NCBI GenBank assembly: GCA_047651235.1
Contig: CP178758.1
Location: 3,540,001 to 3,572,000 of the forward strand
Reading direction: 5' to 3'
From: Candidatus Electrothrix yaqonensis
Lineage (GTDB): Bacteria > Desulfobacterota > Desulfobulbia > Desulfobulbales > Desulfobulbaceae
DNA length: 32,000 nucleotides
The notes under the pieces are model-generated. The model saw nothing but the letters and a program-made list of their open reading frames with translations. It was not told the origin of the DNA and ran no database searches. Both the position numbers and the translations under genes were made by a program. Position 1 is the first letter of the stretch. Every line of letters starts with the position of its first letter. Below are positions 21,601-28,687 of the stretch, in pieces.

Positions 21601-22185
21601 GGTTTTGCGGCAACCTGGCAGCCGGTGGTGAGCAGCTGGATGCAGGCGGTGCTCCATACCGGGCTGCAGGTGGGAGAGGGACAGGTGTTTTCCCTGTCCG
21701 AGCTGGAAGATACAGCGCGGGTCAATGAAATGGCGTTTTATTTTCCCCTTGTTTCAATGCAGGCGGGGAAATTCAATCGGGTGATGCGGGGATTTTCCTA
21801 CGCCCCCCTGCCGGAGCAATCCGGGGTGCTGGAAGGACTGATGGTCGGCTTTATCGATCTGGTTTTCCGCTGCAACGGCCGTTATTATCTGGCGGATTAC
21901 AAATCCAATTATCTCGGCAGCCGCCCTGAGGCGTACCAACAGGATCAGCTCCGGGCAGCCATGCTTGAACACCGCTACGACCTGCAGTACCTCATCTACA
22001 CCCTGGCTCTGCACCGCTTTCTGCAGCAGCGCATCAGGAATTATGACTACGCTGAACACTTCGGCGGCGTCCTCTATCTTTTCCTCCGAGGAATGCACCC
22101 TGATCATGAACCGGGAACCGGGGTTTTCTCCGCCCGCCCGCCCTTTGCCCTGATTGATGCGCTGAATCGGGTGGTGAAAAATTAA
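18610..22185 (+). CDS. recB: Exodeoxyribonuclease V beta subunit RecB (UvrD-like helicase + PD-(D/E)XK nuclease)
   Basis: 1191 aa. Walker A EASAGTGKT, VVTFTRAAT, DEFQDTD, TIHKSKGMEY. C-terminal nuclease motif GFIDLVF...YYLADYKSN. Confidence 0.93.
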   Translation: MHPLNPLTLNLHGQILIEASAGTGKTYTIALLFLRLLLEKGLSVDEILVVTFTRAATEELRGRIRQRIRDALDVLEGQGPDDPLLRELLDRSVEAVGPDRAAVLLGDALTRMDEAAIYTIHGFCRLMLQEHAFESGAPFAMEFLETEQVLRRRIIEDFWRLRFYPASEEEAAWVASLWETPESLLAGLGGHLGRKDVECIPAVSEAEVVRQTQEAAALFAEVRSRWQQHGEEITALLRENKRLSRNNSTGYGLTRLDTAIDTLENFLAAEHMPWSAAKELDLFTAVKVWSCLKKKSKEEPPDHPFFALFEAFHQAHQQLNQDRRVLVLLTARSYLQSELVRRKQEQDQLSFDDLLTRLEAALQGEGGKRLARRIGRRFPVILVDEFQDTDPLQYRIFAAVHKTHKTMQEGKERSDLNERPGLFLIGDPKQAIYSFRGADIFTYIQARQDTLPENRLTMTTNYRSAAAMVKAVNRIFSHAAPFLFSKDEIDFPVVQAAGLADSTPLLQDKPPAALTCLLLPDDNKGKPLAKGTAEELAARFCAHEIADLLAAGQSGRAHIGDQPLCAGYIAVLVRTHAEADLIRKELSVLSITSVAFSQDSVFAGKEARQLLTLMTALNDLSDSALIRTALSTDLFGYTAEKIEHLRLDEQAWEEVMQQMADYQRIWHIQGVIPMLQKLLKDQQTVSRLCALPGGERMLTNFLHLAELLQEESRQRKGADALLRRFSDQIHSPEKNAENQQLRLESDEDLVQIVTIHKSKGMEYPVVFLPFLWAARPCSPDRPLAFHRPEQPDRLCIDFRTGREESDEHFRLAEKERLAEDLRLLYVALTRARYCCFFCWGRINKMEESALCYLLHGGMSSPEQLAADLRQAGNGAEEMAVKPFPERFVRPDLSRAAAGVSLSAKPFTGRIDSRWQLFSYSGLTALHRSDTGLQPERPDYDEEAGRDTVEEPEMPEPDAFSFPKGAAAGTCLHAILEHISFHDPNGHEAVISAQLARAGFAATWQPVVSSWMQAVLHTGLQVGEGQVFSLSELEDTARVNEMAFYFPLVSMQAGKFNRVMRGFSYAPLPEQSGVLEGLMVGFIDLVFRCNGRYYLADYKSNYLGSRPEAYQQDQLRAAMLEHRYDLQYLIYTLALHRFLQQRIRNYDYAEHFGGVLYLFLRGMHPDHEPGTGVFSARPPFALIDALNRVVKN

Positions 22186-22292
22186 TGCCCCTTTCGGGGA
22201 TGGCTGAAAGAATGGTGAAAATTTTACATCTGTCGCTAATGCAACGTTATAGAGTTGGAGACTACACCGGAACGGACTTGAAAATAGAGTGT

Positions 22293-23291
22293 TCAGACAT
22301 CAAAAAGATCGAGGTCATCCAGCGGGCTTTTCACGCCGTGGCCTCCCTGCTGCAGAACATGGGTGTAGATCATGGTGGTGGCCACGTCCTGATGACCGAG
22401 CAGGGCCTGTACTGTCCGGATATCTGTTCCCCGCTGGAGAAGATGGGTGGCAAAACTGTGCCGGAAGGTATGCGCGCTGACTTTTTTATCCACCCCGGCC
22501 TTTTTTACAGCTGTTTTTATTGCCTTGTTGACGGAGGAGGGATCAAGATGATGCCTGCGGATGACTCCCGTCCTCGGATCCGTTGATATCTTTGCCGCCG
22601 GAAACACATACTGCCAGTGCCATTCCTTTGCCGCTCCGGGATATTTGCGCTCCAGCGCATACGGCAGGTAGACTTCACCATACCCCTGCGCCAGATCCCG
22701 CCCGTGGAGCAGCTTTACCCCTGCGAGATGATGCTGCAGAAACAGTGCCGCAGACTCGGGAAAAGTGGTTGCCCGGTCCTTATCCCCCTTGCCTGACCGG
22801 ACGGTGATCTCCTTGAGATCGAAATCAATATCATGCACCCGCAGCCGGAGCGCCTCGCTGATCCGCAGGCCGCTTCCGTACAGCAGCTTGACCACGAGTT
22901 GCGGCACTCCCCGCATCAAAGCAAGTACACGGCCGACCTCTTTGCGGCTCATCACCACGGGGATGTTTTTTTTCGGTCTTGCCCGGACGGCGTCGATCTT
23001 CCGGTCAAGCTGCTGCTGAAGTACCTTTCTGTAGAAAAAGACCAGCGCGTTCATGGCCTGATTCTGCGTTGACGGAGAAACATGTTCATGTACGGCAAGA
23101 TGGGTGAGAAAGGCTTCGATTTTCTGCTCTCCATTGCTCAGATCGCCCCGCGAGCGCATGTTGTGGAACATGATAAACCGTGTGATCCAGCCGCAATACG
23201 ACCGCTCCGTATGTATGGAATAATGCTGAAGCCGCATGGTTTCATGCACTTCATCCATTATTCTTCTTTCCCTTGAGTTTTCTCTTGACAT
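22293..23291 (-). CDS. intI: Integron integrase IntI (tyrosine recombinase with IntI-specific insertion)
   Basis: 332 aa. Box [13 protein letters not shown], box [14 protein letters not shown], catalytic Tyr in [15 protein letters not shown]. It also has the IntI-diagnostic extra segment [22 protein letters not shown]. It is divergent from an array of attC-bounded cassettes. Confidence 0.92.
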   Translation of the reverse strand: MSRENSRERRIMDEVHETMRLQHYSIHTERSYCGWITRFIMFHNMRSRGDLSNGEQKIEAFLTHLAVHEHVSPSTQNQAMNALVFFYRKVLQQQLDRKIDAVRARPKKNIPVVMSRKEVGRVLALMRGVPQLVVKLLYGSGLRISEALRLRVHDIDFDLKEITVRSGKGDKDRATTFPESAALFLQHHLAGVKLLHGRDLAQGYGEVYLPYALERKYPGAAKEWHWQYVFPAAKISTDPRTGVIRRHHLDPSSVNKAIKTAVKKAGVDKKVSAHTFRHSFATHLLQRGTDIRTVQALLGHQDVATTMIYTHVLQQGGHGVKSPLDDLDLFDV

Positions 23292-23480
23292 ATCTGAAAG
23301 ATGTGTTTAAAGACAAAAGAGGTTGCTTTGATAATAGATTATTCGGGAATATATTATCCGATAATAATAGAGAATTCAAGTTATCTGAGAAAATATACTG
23401 ATAAGTAGCTTGTCAGGTATTTTTCCCTGAGAATATCAGTTTTCGGTGACTATCAGGACTGATTCTCTGATAATCAATGG
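23292..23480 (+). other. attI region (between intI start and first G|TT crossover at 23480|23481)
   Basis: AT-rich, non-coding, abuts intI. It ends in ...CAATGG|TT, where the first repeated junction element begins. It contains TATCAG/CTGATA repeats. Confidence 0.6.
23410..23439 (+). promoter_or_regulatory. Candidate cassette-directed promoter (Pc-like)
   Basis: TTGTCA (23410-23415), 17-18 nt spacer, ATATCA/TATCAG (23433-23439). Weak -10. Confidence 0.3.
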
Positions 23481-23659
23481 TTCCAAAGGCGCGCCCCTTC
23501 GGGCCACGCCTTTGGAATGCCGAGTTGACCGTACCGGCCCAACATTTGATTCCTGCGGCGCTGCGCGCCTTCGGAACCAAACGTTGGACTCGAAATTTTC
23601 CCGCAATAATCAACCGCAAGCGGCCATTATACCAGGAAAATTCCGGTCAACTCGGCATT
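23481..23659 (+). repeat. Junction element copy A (179 nt) at attI|cassette 1
   Basis: TTCCAAAGGCGCGCCCCTTCGGGCC...CCGGTCAACTCGGCATT. Identical by eye to copies C and D. Starts right after the attI terminal G. Confidence 0.95.
23626..23634 (-). promoter_or_regulatory. Consensus extended -10 (TGGTATAAT) on the minus strand, present in all four junction elements
   Basis: The rc of ATTATACCA is TGGTATAAT. In copy A it points toward attI and intI. TTGACC lies upstream on that strand but only 13 nt away. Confidence 0.35.
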
Positions 23660-23761
23660 ATGTTCCTGTAACAAAGAAAGGAAGTGATGAATGTACACAT
23701 AAGGCGCATGAGCGACTTTTAACGGTACTTGTAGCAATAATTTTAAGTAAGGAGGCTGTGT

Positions 23762-24763
23762 ATGAAATTTGTAGAATTGAGTCTCGCGGTTTTGGCTGTA
23801 ATCGTTTTCGTTGGTACGTCCTTCGCTGGCAGTACGGAAATCAAAGAAATAAAACCGGGCATTGTTGTATCGCTACGTTCAACGAATTATCCCAAGAGAT
23901 ACGTGCGTCATCGCAATTACTTGGGCGAATTGACCGAAGTGAGCAGTGAACTCGACCGCAAGGATTCGTCTTTCATTATTCGCCCCGGCCTTGCTGGCGG
24001 AGACAGCGTCTCTTTCGAGTCGGTGAATTATCCGGGCTATTTTCTGCGCCACCAGAACTTCATGATCAAACTCAATGAGCGGAAAAACAAGGATCTGTAT
24101 CGCAAAGACGTCTCGTTTAACGTTCGGCCTGGTGTCAACGGCCAAGGGTTTTCCTTCGAGTCGGTAAATTATCCGGGGCACTTTCTGCGCCATTGCAGTT
24201 TTAAAATGTTTATAGACAATAACAAGCGCGGCAACAATAAATGTAACGCAGACGTTGCGGTCTATAAGGGAGATGTGAGTTTCTTTGTTGATCTCGCCAA
24301 TTATTCTGTTGTATCGTTACGTTCAACGAATTATCCCAAAAGATACGTGCGTCATCGTAATTACTTGGGCGAATTGACCGAAGTGAGCAGTGAACTCGAC
24401 CGTAAAGATTCGTCTTTCATTATTCGCCCCGGCCTTGCTGGCGGAGACAGCGTCTCTTTCGAGTCGGTGAATTATCCGGGCTATTTCCTGCGCCACCAGA
24501 ACTTCATGATCAAACTCAATGAGCGGAAAAACGAGGATCTGTATCGCAAAGACGCCTCGTTTAACATTCGGCCCGGTGTCAACGGCCAGGGGTTTTCCTT
24601 CGAGTCGGTAAATTATCCGGGACATTTTCTGCGCCATTGCAGTTTTAAAATGTTTATAGACAATAACAATCGCGGCAACAACAAATGTAACGCAGACGTC
24701 GCGGTCTATAAGGGGGATGTAAGTTTCTCGATTGATCTAGCCAACCATGCAAGTGTAAATTGA
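23762..24763 (+). CDS. Cassette 1: secreted tandem AbfB-like (beta-trefoil, arabinose-binding-type) lectin-like protein
   Basis: 333 aa. Strong RBS TAAGGAGG. Signal peptide MKFVELSLAVLAVIVFVGTSFAG. Two 148-aa copies containing repeated SFESVNYPG(Y/H)FLRH motifs, characteristic of AbfB-type carbohydrate-binding domains. Confidence 0.8.
   Translation: MKFVELSLAVLAVIVFVGTSFAGSTEIKEIKPGIVVSLRSTNYPKRYVRHRNYLGELTEVSSELDRKDSSFIIRPGLAGGDSVSFESVNYPGYFLRHQNFMIKLNERKNKDLYRKDVSFNVRPGVNGQGFSFESVNYPGHFLRHCSFKMFIDNNKRGNNKCNADVAVYKGDVSFFVDLANYSVVSLRSTNYPKRYVRHRNYLGELTEVSSELDRKDSSFIIRPGLAGGDSVSFESVNYPGYFLRHQNFMIKLNERKNEDLYRKDASFNIRPGVNGQGFSFESVNYPGHFLRHCSFKMFIDNNNRGNNKCNADVAVYKGDVSFSIDLANHASVN
23864..24751 (+). 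repeat. In-frame 444-nt tandem duplication inside the cassette 1 gene
   Basis: Unit 1 is 23864-24307 and unit 2 is 24308-24751. Highly similar, with differences mostly at third codon positions. Confidence 0.9.
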
Positions 24764-24830
24764 GTTTTTTTTCGCCTGTCCGGGTTGTGGTGCGGCTTCG
24801 GCACAGATATCTGAGCTTCAGATTTCGTTT

Positions 24831-24946
24831 CAATAACCAGTCGCTGCACACGACCCGCAAACAGCGGCGGAATTCGGAATTTAATTCAGGCTCCCGTGCC
24901 GTAACGGTCATCTCGGCGATGCGACGGCGGGCGGGTGAGCTTTATG
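24831..24946 (+). other. attC of cassette 1 (116 nt)
   Basis: R''-like CAATAAC (24831-24837). Imperfect inverted repeats CAGTCGCTGCACACGACCCGC / GCGGGCGGGTGAGCT with unpaired bases. Terminal G at 24946 followed by TT. Confidence 0.75.
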
Positions 24947-25125
24947 TTCCAAAGGCGCGCCCCTTCGGGCCACGCCTTTGGAATGCCGAGTTGACCGTAC
25001 CGGCCCAACATTTGATTCCTGCGGCGCTGCGCGCCTTCGGAACCAAACGTTGGACTCGAAATTTTCCTGGTATAATCAACCGCAAGCGGCCATTATACCA
25101 GGAAAATTACGGTCAACTCGGCATT
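24947..25125 (+). repeat. Junction element copy B (179 nt, 4 substitutions) at cassette 1|cassette 2
   Basis: Same sequence as copy A, except CCCGCAATAAT becomes CCTGGTATAAT (25066-25076) and ATTCCGG becomes ATTACGG (C to A at 25109). Confidence 0.95.
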
Positions 25126-25213
25126 ATACCTGAAAAATTCCGTTCAACTCGGCAATTAGGCGCAAGAAATCTTGCTTAATTTCACAACTTTTTTAATTCG
25201 GGAGGATGTCGGT

Positions 25214-28200
25214 ATGAAAAATTCTAAGGTGTACGAAATTAAAGGACGTTTAATAGATATAAAATCAAATCGCCCTCTACTTGGGCTACAGATTCGTGCT
25301 TATGACAAAGATATTATCTTTGATGATTGTCTTGGGAGTGACAAGACCAATGAACAAGGAGATTTTGAGATTTCTTTTTTTGAGCATGACTTTAAAGAAC
25401 CTTTTGAAGAGCAACCAGAAGTCTATGTGGTAATTTACGGACCAGACATGGAACAGTTGCATTGCACAAAACCAATTCGTCTGGAACCTGGTCAATATGA
25501 AGTCTATCTTAATATCCTCATTGATGCAGGTCCACTCCTTACCGACCCACGCGTTAGCGAAGTAATCCCGAGCATCGTGCTTCCAGGCACATTTGTTGAT
25601 ATTTACGGAGATAATTTTGGAGATATCTATAAGAATGTTATGGTTTCCATTGGTGGACGCGAAGCTGTCGTATTGAGTGTCAATCCTCAAAAAATTAAGA
25701 TAAGAATTCCAGCTGAACCCGGCTCTCTAAATCCACTGGTTATCTCTATTGCCGGGAAAACTATTGAACTCAACGATGTATTCACTGCGGACACTCAACC
25801 CGATGAAGGAACCGTAGGACATCTCGGTGCACCGACAACTTTTTCCGGTAGCGCTGAAGGAGGTGCCGGACTGGACAGCGTTGGTGAAAATCAACGTGTG
25901 TTAATCGTCATGTGTTATCCCAGTGATAAAAATCCAACCGATGGCGGAGAAACAGCCGCAGATGAAAGGCAAAGACAAATTGACACCTTTGAAAACCTCG
26001 TTAATCCTGGTTTTCGGCAAATGTCCTATGGATGCACCGATTTTGATTTTGACTATACCGATTGGCTGGCATTACCTGAAGATGATGATTTTTATTTCTG
26101 GCGCAACGCCGACATCGTTGCAGCACAGGATGACATTGATAACTTGCCAGCTGATGCCACTGAAGAAGAAATCGATGCAGCTAATGCAGCACTGGAAACT
26201 GCACAAAACGGCCAGAATCTGATGCAACGGGGTGTCGAACTTTATCACGATGCATTAAAAGCAGCACAAGATGGAGGAAGGAATCTGGCAGACTACAAAG
26301 GCATTATGCTTTGCATGGCAACAGACTGGCTGCGCGGTCAGGCATCAGGCACTTGGGACGAAGTCACCGATAGCGATGGTCATACCGTTACCCTTGCACC
26401 CAGCACCTACCTTTGGGTCATCGCATACAATGCACATTGGGGACGCCGAATCCATGAACTTTCACACGCTATCGCATCACCCGATCTTTATGGCAGAACC
26501 GGTTATATCTCCGATGGTTCTCGCTGGGACATGATGGGTAATCATAACCACATGCCACTATTCTCCGGTTATAACATGCTTGACCGCCTTGACTGGTATG
26601 ATAATCCCAACGTTCAATTCTTAGACTGGACCAGCACACCCCATCATGACCAAGTATATACCTTACGTGCACATGATGCATCGAAAGATACTCTGGCAAC
26701 CACCTATCACATCATCAAGATAGACATCTTTCCAGGTCTGACTTACTACGTCGAGGTTCGACAGGAACCGGATGCATTACCCGCAGACCTGGATACAACC
26801 AGCGATAGCCTGGCAGTACTTGCACCTGCGGCAGCCGCATCATCAGCCGATCCAACACAGATATTATTTGATACTAATATTGATTTCCCAGCGGCAGCAC
26901 CCGCACATAAAGGTGGTGTGATAGTAACAAAAGTCGTTGATGACGATAGCCAGCTCAATCAAAACTTTCGCTATATAACATTACTGTCACCCGAACTCAT
27001 GCAGGCCGGTGAAGAAGTTGTGGATGCAGCCCGGAGGCTAACCATTCGCGTCGAATCAAAAACCAACGACCGCCCGCTCACCTATCAAGTGCGTGTCAAA
27101 TGGGTTGAAGTTGCCACGGCAGACCCAAGTGGTCTGTTAAACCTTCGCGTACGCCCGTGGGATTCATCCTATCAAACCAATGATATTTGGGTTGACAGTG
27201 AGGCCAACGGTTGGGGTACCTATGAAACTGCACTGGAACCAGCAACCGGTAATCCGTTAGGTAATGGTGACCGACCTTGGGTTAACCATAGCAATCGGTT
27301 ATACACGCGTGTACATAATTTTGGTGTAGTTGAAGCGACGGATGTACAGGTAACATTTTATGTGAATAGTCCTCCTGCGGTTGGCGACAGTGGTACATGG
27401 GTACCCATGACTGTAAAGACCATTCCAAGCATTGCTCCCGGCAGTTCTGAAGCTATCTATACCCCATGGACTCCTGCTGAAGGAGAACATACCTGTCTCA
27501 AAGTTGCTGTCGAAACGCAACTGGGCGAAACGGATGTTAATGATAATAGTGCCCAGGAAAACGTTTTTAATTTTGACACGTCAGGTGCCAGTCCTCATGA
27601 GCCAATCCTGCTCGAAGTGAATTTGCAGAATCCAAAAAATGAATGGACCCATATACAAATGCATCCTCAGGGGATTCCCGCCGGCTGGGAAGTTACCGTT
27701 GAACACGGTTGGGTGTGGTTACCTCCGCTCGGCACTAAAAAAATGCAACTGGCATTATTCACCGATAAAGGTCGAGAAAGACCACTCACCCGTTACTTTA
27801 AAAACAAGGATGATAACAAAAGAATACCCAATGAACTTAAATTCAAATTGGAAGGCGCAACCTATACATGGTACGGCAAGGGTAAGAATGTCCACGGCCA
27901 AGCAGAGCACCTTGCGTCAACCGGTGGCATATCAATAAATGCCCGTGCCCGTAGAAAGGTAGATATTGCACTGAAAATTGATCGCGAAGTGGCGAAAGTC
28001 GGCATTCTCCGCGTTCAAGGTGCGGTCGAGCCAGAACTGGGCGATGTTCAGATTACACTGGAAATTGCTCATGAAAAAGGCCGACACAAAGTGGTTCAAT
28101 TGAAAACAAACCAGAACGGTCGATTTGACTATGACTCTGGTCGATACGAACACTACCTAACCCCAGGACTCTATAGCATACAGGCATTTACTATTAACGA

Positions 28201-28267
28201 CCCAGTAGTAGCCGATACAAAATCGGAAATTGTTAGCGTGGAACTAGAGAGAGTCATTATAAGATGA
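25214..28267 (+). CDS. Cassette 2: large M6/InhA-like zinc metallopeptidase-domain protein with IPT/TIG-like and CARDB-like domains
   Basis: Open from 25172; the likely start is ATG 25214 (RBS GGGAGGA 7 nt upstream), giving ~1017 aa. HExxH with downstream PDLY (RIHELSHAIASPDLYG). IPT/TIG-like segment (VSEVIPSIVLPGTFVDIYGDNFG...). CARDB-like segment (NFGVVEATDVQVTFYVN...DVNDNSAQENV). No obvious signal peptide. Confidence 0.75.
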   Translation: MKNSKVYEIKGRLIDIKSNRPLLGLQIRAYDKDIIFDDCLGSDKTNEQGDFEISFFEHDFKEPFEEQPEVYVVIYGPDMEQLHCTKPIRLEPGQYEVYLNILIDAGPLLTDPRVSEVIPSIVLPGTFVDIYGDNFGDIYKNVMVSIGGREAVVLSVNPQKIKIRIPAEPGSLNPLVISIAGKTIELNDVFTADTQPDEGTVGHLGAPTTFSGSAEGGAGLDSVGENQRVLIVMCYPSDKNPTDGGETAADERQRQIDTFENLVNPGFRQMSYGCTDFDFDYTDWLALPEDDDFYFWRNADIVAAQDDIDNLPADATEEEIDAANAALETAQNGQNLMQRGVELYHDALKAAQDGGRNLADYKGIMLCMATDWLRGQASGTWDEVTDSDGHTVTLAPSTYLWVIAYNAHWGRRIHELSHAIASPDLYGRTGYISDGSRWDMMGNHNHMPLFSGYNMLDRLDWYDNPNVQFLDWTSTPHHDQVYTLRAHDASKDTLATTYHIIKIDIFPGLTYYVEVRQEPDALPADLDTTSDSLAVLAPAAAASSADPTQILFDTNIDFPAAAPAHKGGVIVTKVVDDDSQLNQNFRYITLLSPELMQAGEEVVDAARRLTIRVESKTNDRPLTYQVRVKWVEVATADPSGLLNLRVRPWDSSYQTNDIWVDSEANGWGTYETALEPATGNPLGNGDRPWVNHSNRLYTRVHNFGVVEATDVQVTFYVNSPPAVGDSGTWVPMTVKTIPSIAPGSSEAIYTPWTPAEGEHTCLKVAVETQLGETDVNDNSAQENVFNFDTSGASPHEPILLEVNLQNPKNEWTHIQMHPQGIPAGWEVTVEHGWVWLPPLGTKKMQLALFTDKGRERPLTRYFKNKDDNKRIPNELKFKLEGATYTWYGKGKNVHGQAEHLASTGGISINARARRKVDIALKIDREVAKVGILRVQGAVEPELGDVQITLEIAHEKGRHKVVQLKTNQNGRFDYDSGRYEHYLTPGLYSIQAFTINDPVVADTKSEIVSVELERVIIR

Positions 28268-28299
28268 TCCACAGGATCAGGCATAGTTTAAAGTTTTGT

Positions 28300-28415
28300 G
28301 TATAACCAGCCGCTGCACCCGACCCGCAAGCACGCGCGTTTTTTTGAAGTTAATTCAGGCTCCCGGCCCGCTTCAGTCATCGCGGCGATGCGGCGGCGGG
28401 CGGGTGAGCTTGTTG
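28300..28415 (+). other. attC of cassette 2 (116 nt), paralogous to the attC of cassette 1
   Basis: R'' GTATAAC (28300-28306) is the exact reverse complement of G+TTATAC at the cassette start (25124-25129). Shares CAG(Y)CGCTGCAC(M)CGACCCGC...TTAATTCAGGCTCCCG...GGCGGGCGGGTGAGCTT with 24831-24946. Terminal G at 28415. Confidence 0.8.
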
Positions 28416-28594
28416 TTCCAAAGGCGCGCCCCTTCGGGCCACGCCTTTGGAATGCCGAGTTGACCGTACCGGCCCAACATTTGATTCCTGCGGCGCTGCG
28501 CGCCTTCGGAACCAAACGTTGGACTCGAAATTTTCCCGCAATAATCAACCGCAAGCGGCCATTATACCAGGAAAATTCCGGTCAACTCGGCATT
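28416..28594 (+). repeat. Junction element copy C (179 nt) at cassette 2|cassette 3
   Basis: Identical by eye to copies A and D. Confidence 0.95.
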
Positions 28595-28687
28595 AGCTGT
28601 AAAATTAAGTTCTAAAAACACACATTAGTATCAACTGGAAATTACCTATGTGTGTTTTCTTTAACGTATCAACCAAGGAGAATGGCC

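Noticed and set aside
18610-22185. recB without adjacent recC/recD, considered as a sign of operon disruption by the integron.
   Set aside because: recBCD genes are not always contiguous in bacteria. The window gives no evidence of a truncated recD or recC, so no rearrangement can be inferred.
22186-22292. Short hairpin TGCCCCTTTCGGGGA just after the recB stop, considered as a bidirectional terminator between recB and intI.
   Set aside because: The stem is only 4-5 bp and there is no U-tract on either strand. Too weak to call.
22185-22586. 133-aa plus-strand ORF directly after recB.
   Set aside because: It lies antisense to the 3' part of the well-supported intI gene and has no recognisable motifs. 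It is likely a shadow ORF.
23413-23619. Minus-strand ORFs starting with TTG inside the element (MRLIIAGKFRVQRLVPKARSAAGIKCWAGTVNSAFQRRGPKGRAFGT...), also at 28288-28554 and 31041-31259.
   Set aside because: Same reasoning as for the plus-strand ORFs: non-ATG start, no RBS, and C-termini that differ because they run into different flanks. With identical DNA in all copies there is no coding-type variation to support them.
23481-23659. The junction element as a group IIC-attC intron or an IS1111-attC insertion sequence.
   Set aside because: It is far too short (179 nt), has no ORF, no recognisable group II domain V/VI, and no terminal or subterminal inverted repeats. A non-autonomous derivative of some mobile-element family cannot be excluded and is listed as an alternative in the findings.
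23477-23671. Plus-strand ORFs reading through each 179-nt junction element (..PKARPFGPRLWNAELTVPAQHLIPAALRAFGTKRWTRNFPAIINRKRPLYQENSGQLGI..), also at 24760-25179, 28298-28615 and 31099-31365.
   Set aside because: There is no conserved start or stop. Each ORF borrows unrelated flanking sequence (attC or cassette DNA) for its ends. There is no RBS. The region is almost entirely long perfect helices, so the open frame is most simply a by-product of a repeated structured sequence.
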